Origin: Deltaproteobacteria bacterium
GTDB taxonomy: Bacteria; JACQOV01
Direction of reading: 5' to 3'
DNA length: 38,586 nucleotides
Assembly: GCA_016202395.1 (NCBI GenBank)
Contig: JACQOV010000083.1
Coordinates: 1-38,586, forward strand
The notes beneath the pieces are model-generated. The model worked only from the letters and a program-made list of their open reading frames with translations, was not told the DNA's origin and did no database searches. How positions within the stretch are numbered: position 1 is the stretch's first letter; every line of letters starts with the position of its first letter. The position numbers were made by a program, and so were the translations under genes. This document shows, one piece after another, positions 18,777-28,005 of this stretch.

Positions 18777-19626
18777 ATGGAAAAAGGTTGTGATTGTTGG
18801 AGTTGGACTCATTGGAGGATCGTTTGCGAAGGCGATCCGAAAGAAGGGCTTAACAGAGGAAATCGTCGGCATTGGGAGAACGATTGAGAATCTCAAAATC
18901 GCCCAGCATCGCGGTTTGATTGATCGATACACGAGGGACCTTAAAGAAGGAGTCCAAGGAGCCGATCTTGTTTTTGTCTCTGTTCCCGTACTCACCATTC
19001 CCTCTTTAGTCGAGAGAATAGAGTCCGTTCTTTCACCCGAGGCGGTCATTACCGATGCGGGGAGTGTGAAAGGGCCGATCGTTGGGCGTCTTTCCTCCCG
19101 TTTAAGGCATCCGGAACGATTTGTGGGGGGGCATCCTATCGCGGGGACGGAACAATCGGGGGCAGGAGCCGCCTTTGCCTCCCTCTTTAAAGGAAAGCTT
19201 TGTTTCCTGACACCCACTCCAAGAACCGATCGGGTAGTTTTAGAGAAGATTCGAAGAACCTGGCTCGCCATTGGAGCCAAGGTTCAAACGATCGATCCTC
19301 AAGAACACGATCGGATCTTTGCTTGCGTCAGTCATCTCCCTCATCTGGTGGCCTACGCTTTAGTGGGAACCGTTTTGGAGACCGATCGATCGATGCTTCG
19401 TTACAGTGGAGGAGGATTTCGGGATTTCACTCGAATCGCAGAGAGCCCGGCCGAGATGTGGCGGGATATCTCCCTGATGAACCAAAAAGCCCTTCTCAAG
19501 GCGCTCGACCGATACGAAAAAGTGATCGGAGAACTTTCTGAAATGATCCAGAGTGGAGATTCTAGGAGACTTCTCCACTTTTTTCAAAAAGCTCAGAAGA
19601 CAAAGAAAGGGATGAAGAGTTTGTGA
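18763..19626 (+). CDS. tyrA: Prephenate/arogenate dehydrogenase
   Basis: GVGLIGGS, TDAGSVK, GGHPIAG, HD...SHLPH, GGFRDFTRIA. Confidence 0.93.
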   Translation: MAKPKWKKVVIVGVGLIGGSFAKAIRKKGLTEEIVGIGRTIENLKIAQHRGLIDRYTRDLKEGVQGADLVFVSVPVLTIPSLVERIESVLSPEAVITDAGSVKGPIVGRLSSRLRHPERFVGGHPIAGTEQSGAGAAFASLFKGKLCFLTPTPRTDRVVLEKIRRTWLAIGAKVQTIDPQEHDRIFACVSHLPHLVAYALVGTVLETDRSMLRYSGGGFRDFTRIAESPAEMWRDISLMNQKALLKALDRYEKVIGELSEMIQSGDSRRLLHFFQKAQKTKKGMKSL

Positions 19627-20924
19627 AAGTTGGAAAGAAATCGATGTGGACCGTTCGACCTCCATCCAAGATTCGGGGGGAGCTCAAGCCTCCTGGAGAC
19701 AAATCGATCTCCCATCGAGCTGTTCTTTTGGGGAGTGTTGCTCAGGGTAAAAGCACGGTTCAGGGGCTTGTTTTTGGCGAGGATCTGCTTTCCAGCATCC
19801 ACGCCATGGAAGCCTTAGGCGTCTCCATCGAAACGAAAAAGGGGAATTTAATCATTGAAGGGAAGGGGTGGGAGGGGCTTGCCGAGCCGCAGCAGGTCTT
19901 AGACGCCGGAAATTCAGGAACAACCACCCGTCTGCTTTTGGGGATCTTAAGCGGCCGTCCGTTCAGCGCTGTTCTTACTGGAGATGCCTCTCTTCGTTCA
20001 CGACCGATGCGACGTGTCGTGGAGCCTCTCTCCCAAATGGGAGCCCATTTTATTGGAAGAGGGGAAGGGGATCGGCTTCCTTTGGCGATTCAGGGGGGAT
20101 CTTTAAGAGGGATTCGATTTGTCTCTCCTGTTCCAAGCGCTCAACTCAAATCGGCCCTCCTTTTGGCTGGACTCCAAGCCAAAGGGGAAACTCTTGTTGA
20201 AGAAGAGACTTTAAGTCGGGATCACACCGAGAGGATGCTTTCGGAAATGGGGGTTTCGGTGACTCGTGAAGGGAATCGAATCCAGGTGCGTGGAGGAAGT
20301 TCTCTGAAAGGAACCTCTCTTAAGATTCCCGCAGATCCCTCTTCTGCCGCTTTCTTCGTTGTTGCCGCCTTATTGATTCCTGGATCTCGAATTCGGATCA
20401 AAGAGGTTTGTGTGAATCCCACACGAACGGGATTATTAGAGGTTTTGCGAGAGATGGGAGGAAAGATCCAACGAATCAACGAGAAAACTTTATCTGGAGA
20501 GCCGGTGGCCGATCTCATTGTGGAGTCGAGTCCCTTGAAAGGGGTTTCTATCGACCCCAAGGGGATTCCTTCGATGATTGATGAGTTTCCGATTCTGTGT
20601 GTTGCTGCGGCCTGCGCGGAAGGGATGACTACCCTTCGAGGCGCTTCCGAGCTTCGTTATAAAGAGAGCGACCGTATTCGGACCCTGGCTCAAGAGCTTC
20701 ACAAAATGGGGGTTCGAGTTCGAGAATTCGAAGACGGTTTAGAGATTCAGGGAGGCATCCCATTGAAAGGGGCTCATTGTCAGAGCTATGGAGATCATCG
20801 TGTTGCAATGGCAATGACGATTGCCGGGCTTGTTGCCAAGGGGAAAACCACGGTTCATGAGACAGATTGTGTTGCAACTTCGTATCCGGATTTTTGGCAG
20901 GATCTTCAGAGACTCGTCACATGA
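19623..20924 (+). CDS. aroA: 3-phosphoshikimate 1-carboxyvinyltransferase
   Basis: PGDKSISHR, DAGNSGTT, SAQLKS, RDHTE, KESDR, DHRVAM. Confidence 0.97.
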   Translation: MKVGKKSMWTVRPPSKIRGELKPPGDKSISHRAVLLGSVAQGKSTVQGLVFGEDLLSSIHAMEALGVSIETKKGNLIIEGKGWEGLAEPQQVLDAGNSGTTTRLLLGILSGRPFSAVLTGDASLRSRPMRRVVEPLSQMGAHFIGRGEGDRLPLAIQGGSLRGIRFVSPVPSAQLKSALLLAGLQAKGETLVEEETLSRDHTERMLSEMGVSVTREGNRIQVRGGSSLKGTSLKIPADPSSAAFFVVAALLIPGSRIRIKEVCVNPTRTGLLEVLREMGGKIQRINEKTLSGEPVADLIVESSPLKGVSIDPKGIPSMIDEFPILCVAAACAEGMTTLRGASELRYKESDRIRTLAQELHKMGVRVREFEDGLEIQGGIPLKGAHCQSYGDHRVAMAMTIAGLVAKGKTTVHETDCVATSYPDFWQDLQRLVT

Positions 20925-21610
20925 GGTTCATTCAGATCACCATTGATGGTCCGGCAGGAGCGGGCAAAAGCACCGTGGCCAAGGAATTGGCGAAGAGATT
21001 ACGATATCAGTACATAGATACCGGCGCCATGTATCGGGCATTTGCCTTAGCCGTATTGCGGGCAAAACTGGATCTTCAAGATTCCAAAGCGCTAGGCGCT
21101 CTCTGTAAAACCATCGAGATATCGGAGAGCTGGGAGGATGGGATGGTAAAAACTTTTCTCTACGGAGAGGATGTTTCTCAAGAGATTCGGAAAAATGAAG
21201 TGGGAGCCGTTGCCTCCCAAATCGCCACCTGTCCGGAGGTTCGCGAGAGACTTGTTGGACAACAACGGGAAATGGGGAGAGAAACCCATGTGGTTGTGGA
21301 AGGAAGAGACACAGGAACCGTTGTTTTTCCCGAGGCGAAGGTGAAATTTTTTCTCGATGCTTCTGCCGAAATCCGAGTTCAAAGAAGGGCTCTTGAATGG
21401 AGCGGGGGCTCCAAAGAAATAGGTTCCGCAGAGGTTTTTACGGAGATCCAAGAGCGGGATGCTCGAGATCGGGGACGTTCCCTCTCCCCATTGACGTTAG
21501 CGAAGGACGCGGTATATATTGATTCTACAGGGAAAACGGTTGCCATGGTAGTGGATGAGATGCTAGAGTGCATACGACAGAAACTCAAGGTAGGCCGTTC
21601 TCCAGTTTAA
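20921..21610 (+). CDS. cmk: Cytidylate kinase (start ATG 20921)
   Basis: ITIDGPAGAGKST, DTGAMYR, EGRDTGTVVFP. Confidence 0.95.
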   Translation: MRFIQITIDGPAGAGKSTVAKELAKRLRYQYIDTGAMYRAFALAVLRAKLDLQDSKALGALCKTIEISESWEDGMVKTFLYGEDVSQEIRKNEVGAVASQIATCPEVRERLVGQQREMGRETHVVVEGRDTGTVVFPEAKVKFFLDASAEIRVQRRALEWSGGSKEIGSAEVFTEIQERDARDRGRSLSPLTLAKDAVYIDSTGKTVAMVVDEMLECIRQKLKVGRSPV

Positions 21611-21636
21611 GACAAATTTAAGAAAAGAAAGGGGAC

Positions 21637-23313
21637 TTGAAACAGGTGATTTTAAAAGAGTCTGAAACAAAACATAAGATGGGGGAATTTAAGGTGCTGG
21701 GCGATATTGGAGAGAGGGATCTTTCTGAGATCGAAAAATTCAAGGAGCTCTATGAAGAGAGCCTTCGAGACGTTGAAGAGGGAAAGGTGGTTTCGGGAAT
21801 TGTCGTAGGAATTGATGATCGGTATGTAACGGTGGATGTTGGCTACAAATCGGATGGAAAGATTCCCGTTTCTGAATTTCTCTCGGCAGAGGGGATCTCC
21901 ATCAAAGTGGGAGATCGAATCAACGTTCTCATTGAGCGCCGCGAGGATGAGGAAGGGTGTGTCGTTTTATCCAAAGAAAAAGCGGATCGACTTCGTATTT
22001 GGGAAGAGTTGAGTGAAGTGGAAGAAGGGGAAGCGGTTGTTGAGGGAAAAATTATTGGAAGAGTGAAGGGAGGGCTTACCGTGGATATTGGGGTGAAAGC
22101 CTTTCTTCCAGGTTCTCAGATTGATGTTCGACCTGTTCGCGATTTTGGGCCTTACATTGGAAAAACCTTTCGATTCAAAGTTCTCAAGTTTAATAAAAAG
22201 AGGGCCAATATTGTCCTTTCGCGTCGCGTCTTGATTGAAGAGGAGCGTGGAAAACTTCGAGAGGAGCTCATGACCAAGCTTCAAGAGGGGCAGGTTTTGG
22301 AAGGAACGGTCAAAAATATCACCGATTATGGAGCCTTTGTGGATCTGGGGGGGATCGATGGACTTCTTCATATTACGGACTTGAGCTGGAGCCGTATCAA
22401 TCATCCTTCGGAGGTAGTCTCCGTGGGACAAAAAATTAAGGTTCAGGTTCTCAAATATGATGGCGAGAAGAACCGGGTCTCCTTGGGATTCAAACAGCTG
22501 GGATCGGATCCTTGGCAGGATGCCTCCCAGAAGTACCCCATTGGAAGTCGAATTCAAGGGAAGGTGGTCAACATCACGGACTACGGCGCCTTCATCGAGG
22601 TTGCGGTGGGGGTGGAGGGGTTAATCCATATCTCAGAGATGTCCTGGACCCGTCGGGTGAAGAGTCCCTCTCAAATACTCAAAATGGCGGATCTGGTGGA
22701 AGCGGTTGTTTTAGATATTGACGATGCGAATCGTCGAATGTCTTTAGGTTTGAAACAGTTGGAGCGCAATCCCTGGGAAGTTTTGGAAGAGAAATATCCG
22801 GTAGGGGCTGTTATCGAAGGGGAGATTAAAAATGTGACCGACTTTGGTGTTTTTGTGGGGATTGAGGAAGGGATCGATGGATTGGTCCATGTTTCCGATC
22901 TCTCATGGGATCATCGGACCGAACATCCAGGCAAGCTCTACAAGAAAGGGGACAAGATTCGCGCGGTGGTTCTGAGTATCGACCCCGTCAATGAGAAATT
23001 CTCTCTGGGGGTAAAACAGCTCACTGAAAATCCATGGACCACTTTCAGCCAAGATTACCATGTGGGTAGCAGCGCGGAGGGGACGGTCATCAATCTGACC
23101 GATTTCGGCGCGTTCGTTTCTTTAGCGCAAGGGGTGGAAGGACTCATTCACATCTCTGAGATGAGCGATCATCGAATCGGACACCCTAAAGAGATCCTTA
23201 AAGAGGGGGATAAAGTCCAGGTAGAGATTCTTCAGATCGATCTTGAAAACCGTAGGGTTGGACTTCGGCTTAAAGCCGTGGAGGCGGGCCAGGAAGTCCA
23301 GGAGGGGAATTAA
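21637..23313 (+). CDS. rpsA: 30S ribosomal protein S1
   Basis: Six S1 repeats (VDVGYKS, AFLPGSQ, YGAFVDLGGIDGLLHI, etc.). Confidence 0.96.
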   Translation: MKQVILKESETKHKMGEFKVLGDIGERDLSEIEKFKELYEESLRDVEEGKVVSGIVVGIDDRYVTVDVGYKSDGKIPVSEFLSAEGISIKVGDRINVLIERREDEEGCVVLSKEKADRLRIWEELSEVEEGEAVVEGKIIGRVKGGLTVDIGVKAFLPGSQIDVRPVRDFGPYIGKTFRFKVLKFNKKRANIVLSRRVLIEEERGKLREELMTKLQEGQVLEGTVKNITDYGAFVDLGGIDGLLHITDLSWSRINHPSEVVSVGQKIKVQVLKYDGEKNRVSLGFKQLGSDPWQDASQKYPIGSRIQGKVVNITDYGAFIEVAVGVEGLIHISEMSWTRRVKSPSQILKMADLVEAVVLDIDDANRRMSLGLKQLERNPWEVLEEKYPVGAVIEGEIKNVTDFGVFVGIEEGIDGLVHVSDLSWDHRTEHPGKLYKKGDKIRAVVLSIDPVNEKFSLGVKQLTENPWTTFSQDYHVGSSAEGTVINLTDFGAFVSLAQGVEGLIHISEMSDHRIGHPKEILKEGDKVQVEILQIDLENRRVGLRLKAVEAGQEVQEGN

Positions 23314-24210
23314 TTGGCAAGTCGCGCTAGACGAATCGGAGTGATTGTTGCCGTTGCGCTCGCCTTGATCTTTGTTATCTCAATGGCGACTTCCCTGATG
23401 AGGCAGAAAGTGTCTCTCCCTTTTGGAGATCGGGTGGGAGTGATCGAGATCCAAGGGGCCCTGGAGCAAAGCGAGCCGATCGTTAGACAGTTAAAAGAGT
23501 TCAAAGAGGATCGCTCGATCCGAGGCGTTCTTTTGAGAATTGATTCCCCTGGAGGGGGTGTGGCAGTTTCTCAAGAGATTTATGAGGAGGTTGTCCGAGT
23601 TAAAGAGAGGAAGCCGGTTGTGGTGTCTATGGGGGCTGTTGCGGCCTCCGGAGGATATTATATTGCTTCTCCCGCCACCAAGATTGTTGCCAATCCAGGA
23701 ACGATTACAGGGAGCATCGGGGCGATTATCGAATTCTTGAATGTGCGAGAGTTAGCTCAAAAGTGGGGAGTGGAGATGGAAGTGGTCAAAAGTGGGGATC
23801 AAAAAGATATGGGCAACCCTTTTCGCGAGATGACCTCTGAGGAACGGGCTACTTTGCAAGGGATGGTCTATGATATCCAACACCAATTCGTGAATGTTGT
23901 GGCTCAAAATCGAGGATTAGAGATTCCAAAAGTCAAAGCCATTGCGGACGGACGAGTTTTTACGGGAGAAAAAGCTAAAGAACTAGGGTTGGTGGATGAA
24001 TTAGGAGGGTTTGAGGCGGCTCTAAAGATCTTAGGAGAGCTCGCTGGAATTGATGGAGAGCCCAAAAAAGTTTATCCCAAGAAGGAGATTTCTTTTTCAT
24101 TTAGGGATCTCTTTCGTGAAGAAACATGGGTTCGTTGGCTTTCTAGGAGTCTAGAAAATTTATCCGAGATCAAAATTCAGTATCGGTATAATCCTTCACA
24201 TCCTTCATAG
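23314..24210 (+). CDS. sppA: Signal peptide peptidase SppA (36K type)
   Basis: RIDSPGG, AASGGYY, TGSIG, DGRVFTG; N-terminal TM. Confidence 0.93.
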   Translation: MASRARRIGVIVAVALALIFVISMATSLMRQKVSLPFGDRVGVIEIQGALEQSEPIVRQLKEFKEDRSIRGVLLRIDSPGGGVAVSQEIYEEVVRVKERKPVVVSMGAVAASGGYYIASPATKIVANPGTITGSIGAIIEFLNVRELAQKWGVEMEVVKSGDQKDMGNPFREMTSEERATLQGMVYDIQHQFVNVVAQNRGLEIPKVKAIADGRVFTGEKAKELGLVDELGGFEAALKILGELAGIDGEPKKVYPKKEISFSFRDLFREETWVRWLSRSLENLSEIKIQYRYNPSHPS

Positions 24211-24227
24211 GGAAAGGAGATTCCGAC

Positions 24228-24506
24228 ATGACCAAGAGTGAACTGGTCGAGAAAATCGCAACCCAAACGTCGCAACTTTCTAAGCGAGTTGCCGAAGCCG
24301 TCGTGGAACAACTCTTTGAGAGCATGGTGGATGCTTTGAGACAAGGAGAGCGGATCGAGATTCGAGGTTTTGGCAGCTTTGAAATCCGAACGCGAAACGC
24401 CAAGGTCGGGCGCAACCCGAAAACCGGGGACAAAGTTTCGATCCCCCAAAAGAGAATCCCCTTCTTTAAAGCGGGGAAAGAATTGAGAGAACGTGTCGAT
24501 TCTTAG
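24228..24506 (+). CDS. ihfB: Integration host factor beta subunit / HU family
   Basis: MTKSEL, IEIRGFGSF, GRNPKTG, FKAGKELRERV. Confidence 0.9.
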   Translation: MTKSELVEKIATQTSQLSKRVAEAVVEQLFESMVDALRQGERIEIRGFGSFEIRTRNAKVGRNPKTGDKVSIPQKRIPFFKAGKELRERVDS

Positions 24507-24536
24507 CCCGTCCTGATCCTACTAAAGGCATGCCTT

Positions 24537-27104
24537 ATGACCCCCATGATTCAGCAGTACCTCGAGATCAAGGCTCAGCATCGAGATGCGATCCTCTTTT
24601 TTCGTTTGGGGGATTTCTACGAGATGTTTTTTGAGGACGCCCAGCTCGCCTCTAAACTCCTTAACATCACCTTAACCTCTCGAAATCGAAATGAACCGAA
24701 CCCCATCCCTCTTTGTGGCGTTCCTTATCACTCCGCGGATGGCTACATCCAAAAATTGACCTCTCTGGGGCATAAGGTGGCGATCTGTGAACAGACTGGG
24801 GGTTCTGAAGATGGGGCGATCTTCGAGCGTCGGGTGATTCGAATTGCAACCCCAGGCCTTATTCACAACCCGGATACGGTGGAAGCCAAGGAGAGTTGTT
24901 ATGTCGGAAGTTTTTACGAGAGAGAGGGGCGGTTTGGTCTTGCGATTCTGGATCTGACGACGGGGGACTTTCAGACAACAGAACTGGAGGAGATCGATTC
25001 CCTTTTGGATGAGTTGGGGCGAGTCCAACCTCGAGAGATCGTTGTCTCTGAGAAGACGCTTCCAAAGATGGAATGGATTCGGGATCGCCTCGGCGACGTT
25101 GTCATCAACACCTTGCCGGAAGAGGCCTACCAACCTGGGAATGCCAAAAGAAAGCTTTTAGAGCAACTTCGAACGACAACCTTAAGTCCTTCAGGTTGCG
25201 ATGGAATGGAGCTGGCCGTTGTTGCTGCGGGATCGCTTGCCACTTATCTACAAGAGAATCAAAAACAGATTGTGGATCATATTCGAGAACTTAAAACCTA
25301 CTTTCCGCAGCGTGGACTCATTCTGGATGAGTCGGCTTTAAGGAACCTCGAGATTTTACAGCCCGCTGTTGGAGGGGAACGTCGCGCTACACTCTTAGCT
25401 TTCCTAGATCACACGCAAACAGCCATGGGAGGAAGAGAGCTTCGAAAAACGCTCACGTATCCTCTTAAAGATGTTCAACAAATCAACCGACGCCTGGATG
25501 CGATTGAAACATTGCAGAAGGAGGTAGGGATCTACCGATATCTTTTAGAGAGGCTGGGGCAGATCTATGATCTGGAGCGATTGAGCACAAAATTTTCTCT
25601 AGGAAACGGCAATGCTCAGGATCTCGTCGCTATTCGAAGCACACTGGCTTTCATTCGAGGAATGAAAGAAACACTTCTGAATCTATCGGACCCGTTGATT
25701 CGTGAGATTGTGAATCGGATGGATCCTTTGTCGCAACTTCAGGAACTTTTGGCAAGGGCGGTGATTGACGATCCTCCCCCTAGTGTTCGAGAGGGAGGAG
25801 TCTTCCGCGAGGGATATCACATCGAACTCGATGATTTAAGAAAGATTCAGAAGGGAGGGAAGCAATGGATTGCAGAACTAGAGAGAAAAGAGAGGAAACG
25901 AACAAAGATTGGCTCCCTGAAAGTGGCCTACAATAAAGTGTTTGGCTATTACATTGAGGTGACCAAGCCCAATCTCTCTTGGGTTCCAGCAGAGTACATT
26001 CGAAAGCAGACTGTCAGCAACGCCGAGCGTTTTATCACTCCTGAGCTTAAAGAATATGAGGAAAAAGTTCTACATGCGGAGGAGCGGATTCTTGCTCTCG
26101 AATATGACCTGTTTTGTGAACTTCGCGACCGAGTGCGAGAGAATCTCTCGCCACTTCTAGCGACCGCTCGAGCCGTGGGGGAGATGGATGTTCTTGCTGC
26201 GTTGACCCAGATTTCGCTTCGCCTCGGCTATGTTCGTCCCCAAGTGGAGGAATCCGAATCTTTAGAGATCGAAGAAGGGAGACATCCTGTGCTGGAATCG
26301 TTCCCTGAGATGAAAAGCTTTGTTCCTAACAGCGTTCGTTGGGATACCAAAGACCAGCAGATTTTGATTGTGACAGGCCCCAACATGTCTGGAAAATCAA
26401 CTATTTTAAGGCAAACAGCGCTCATCGTCATTATGGCTCAGATCGGATCGTTTGTTCCGGCCCGATCGGCTCGGATCGGAGTGGTCGATCGAATCTTTAC
26501 TCGGGTGGGAGCGATGGATCGAATCAGCCGTGGAGAGAGCACCTTCATGGTAGAGATGAGTGAAATGGGGAATATCTTGCGGCACGCCACACGGCAGAGC
26601 TTGATCCTGCTCGATGAAGTGGGGAGGGGCACAAGCACCTTTGATGGAATTAGCATTGCCTGGGCTATTGTGGAATATCTCCATCGTCAAATTGGCGCCA
26701 AAACCCTATTTGCAACTCACTATCACGAGTTAGCGGAGCTACCCAAAGTTCTGTCCAAGGTTCACAATTGGACGGTTGCCGTTCGAGAGTGGAACAACAA
26801 GATCCTTTTTCTCCACAAGCTGATTCCTGGTGTGGCAAGCCATAGCTATGGCATTCAAGTGGCTGAATTAGCAGGGCTTCCCAGCTCTGTCCTTGAAAGG
26901 GCCAAGCAGATCCTAAAGGATCTTGAATCGGAATCTTTGGGGATGAAAGTTCGAAAAGAAGATTCAGAAAAGGTCGTTCAACCGTCGCTCTTTGAGCCTC
27001 CCTCCCATCGATGGACGGAGATTTTAAAAGAGATGGATCCCGATCGGTTGACCCCGATTCAAGCCCTTCAATGGATCCAGCAGTGGAAAAAGGATCTGAT
27101 GTGA
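24537..27104 (+). CDS. mutS: DNA mismatch repair protein MutS
   Basis: TPMIQQY, GDFYEMFF, TGPNMSGKST, DEVGRGTST, FATHYHEL, SYGIQVA. Confidence 0.97.
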   Translation: MTPMIQQYLEIKAQHRDAILFFRLGDFYEMFFEDAQLASKLLNITLTSRNRNEPNPIPLCGVPYHSADGYIQKLTSLGHKVAICEQTGGSEDGAIFERRVIRIATPGLIHNPDTVEAKESCYVGSFYEREGRFGLAILDLTTGDFQTTELEEIDSLLDELGRVQPREIVVSEKTLPKMEWIRDRLGDVVINTLPEEAYQPGNAKRKLLEQLRTTTLSPSGCDGMELAVVAAGSLATYLQENQKQIVDHIRELKTYFPQRGLILDESALRNLEILQPAVGGERRATLLAFLDHTQTAMGGRELRKTLTYPLKDVQQINRRLDAIETLQKEVGIYRYLLERLGQIYDLERLSTKFSLGNGNAQDLVAIRSTLAFIRGMKETLLNLSDPLIREIVNRMDPLSQLQELLARAVIDDPPPSVREGGVFREGYHIELDDLRKIQKGGKQWIAELERKERKRTKIGSLKVAYNKVFGYYIEVTKPNLSWVPAEYIRKQTVSNAERFITPELKEYEEKVLHAEERILALEYDLFCELRDRVRENLSPLLATARAVGEMDVLAALTQISLRLGYVRPQVEESESLEIEEGRHPVLESFPEMKSFVPNSVRWDTKDQQILIVTGPNMSGKSTILRQTALIVIMAQIGSFVPARSARIGVVDRIFTRVGAMDRISRGESTFMVEMSEMGNILRHATRQSLILLDEVGRGTSTFDGISIAWAIVEYLHRQIGAKTLFATHYHELAELPKVLSKVHNWTVAVREWNNKILFLHKLIPGVASHSYGIQVAELAGLPSSVLERAKQILKDLESESLGMKVRKEDSEKVVQPSLFEPPSHRWTEILKEMDPDRLTPIQALQWIQQWKKDLM

Positions 27105-27775
27105 AAGATAAACTTGATTTTGTTGAGTTCATCTCTGTTTATATCGGTGTCAATCTCGCGCTTAAAATATTGGACGAGAGTCGCTCTATTTTATGGATTC
27201 AAGAATATTTCAACGTCATCGTTGCTTCTATCCAACTTTATGTTCCTCTTGCGTTTATCTTAATCCGACGTCAAAATTTTTCTGACTTTGGAATCACGTT
27301 CCAAAACTGGAAAAAAGCGCTTGGTGGTTTTTTGATTCTCATGGGAGTTCTATTTATCCCCTACACAGTTGGGTTTTATTCCTATCACTCCTTCTTCCTT
27401 CAACGCTCGCTTTCGTTGCATTGGCATTTTCCCGAAGCTTTGGGCCAAGCCGCTCTCTTTCAGCTCTTTTTTGTCGCCCTGCCCGAAGAATTCTTCTTTC
27501 GTGGCTACCTCCAAGCGAGATTAAACTCGCTATTTCCAAAGAAACTCATCTTAGGCCGATTTCAACTGAGCGCTGGAGCCATCCTTGCAAGCGTTCTTTT
27601 CGCTTTGAGCCATGTTTGGATTGTTCCCCAAATCGATCGTCTAGCCGTCTTCTTCCCTTCGCTCCTCTTTGGTTGGCTCCGAGACCGCTATCAGACCCTC
27701 ACAGGGTCTGTTCTTTTCCACGCCGCCTGCAATCTCTGGAACCTCTGGCTCTGGACCATTTTTGTCAGTGCGTGA
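27101..27775 (+). CDS. CPBP (Abi/CAAX) glutamic intramembrane protease, myxosortase MrtC-like (start GTG 27101)
   Basis: EEFFFRG, LFALSH, RLAVFFPSLLFGWLR, HAACN; multiple TM segments. Confidence 0.85.
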   Translation: MKDKLDFVEFISVYIGVNLALKILDESRSILWIQEYFNVIVASIQLYVPLAFILIRRQNFSDFGITFQNWKKALGGFLILMGVLFIPYTVGFYSYHSFFLQRSLSLHWHFPEALGQAALFQLFFVALPEEFFFRGYLQARLNSLFPKKLILGRFQLSAGAILASVLFALSHVWIVPQIDRLAVFFPSLLFGWLRDRYQTLTGSVLFHAACNLWNLWLWTIFVSA

Positions 27776-27777
27776 TT

Positions 27778-27806
27778 TTGACACGATCATTCTAACTCTG
27801 TATAAT
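27778..27806 (+). promoter_or_regulatory. Consensus sigma70 promoter
   Basis: TTGACA (27778-27783), 17 bp, TATAAT (27801-27806). Confidence 0.85.
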
Positions 27807-27808
27807 TA

Positions 27809-27988
27809 AGGGCACCTCTAAAAACTATGTTCGTCACGAAAAAACAGGATCTGAGCCGAGACAAGGAAGATGAACAAAAAGCCCGCAAACGTAGCCAGAG
27901 TGCTACGTTGAGGACTTTTTGTGAAATCTGACGCAGTCGCAGGCCAGAGCCTGTTTTTGCAGTAGAAGATAGTTTTTAGAGGTGCCCT
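27809..27988 (+). mobile_element. 180-bp MITE-like palindromic element
   Basis: Perfect 20-bp TIRs AGGGCACCTCTAAAAACTAT / ATAGTTTTTAGAGGTGCCCT, internal complementary arms, and a second copy at 1-90. Confidence 0.85.
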
Positions 27989-28005
27989 CAAATAACTTTT
28001 CCTTT

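Noticed and set aside
27011-27100. N-terminal extension of the CPBP protease
   Set aside because: Overlaps the mutS 3' end; GTG 27101 gives a normal coupled start.
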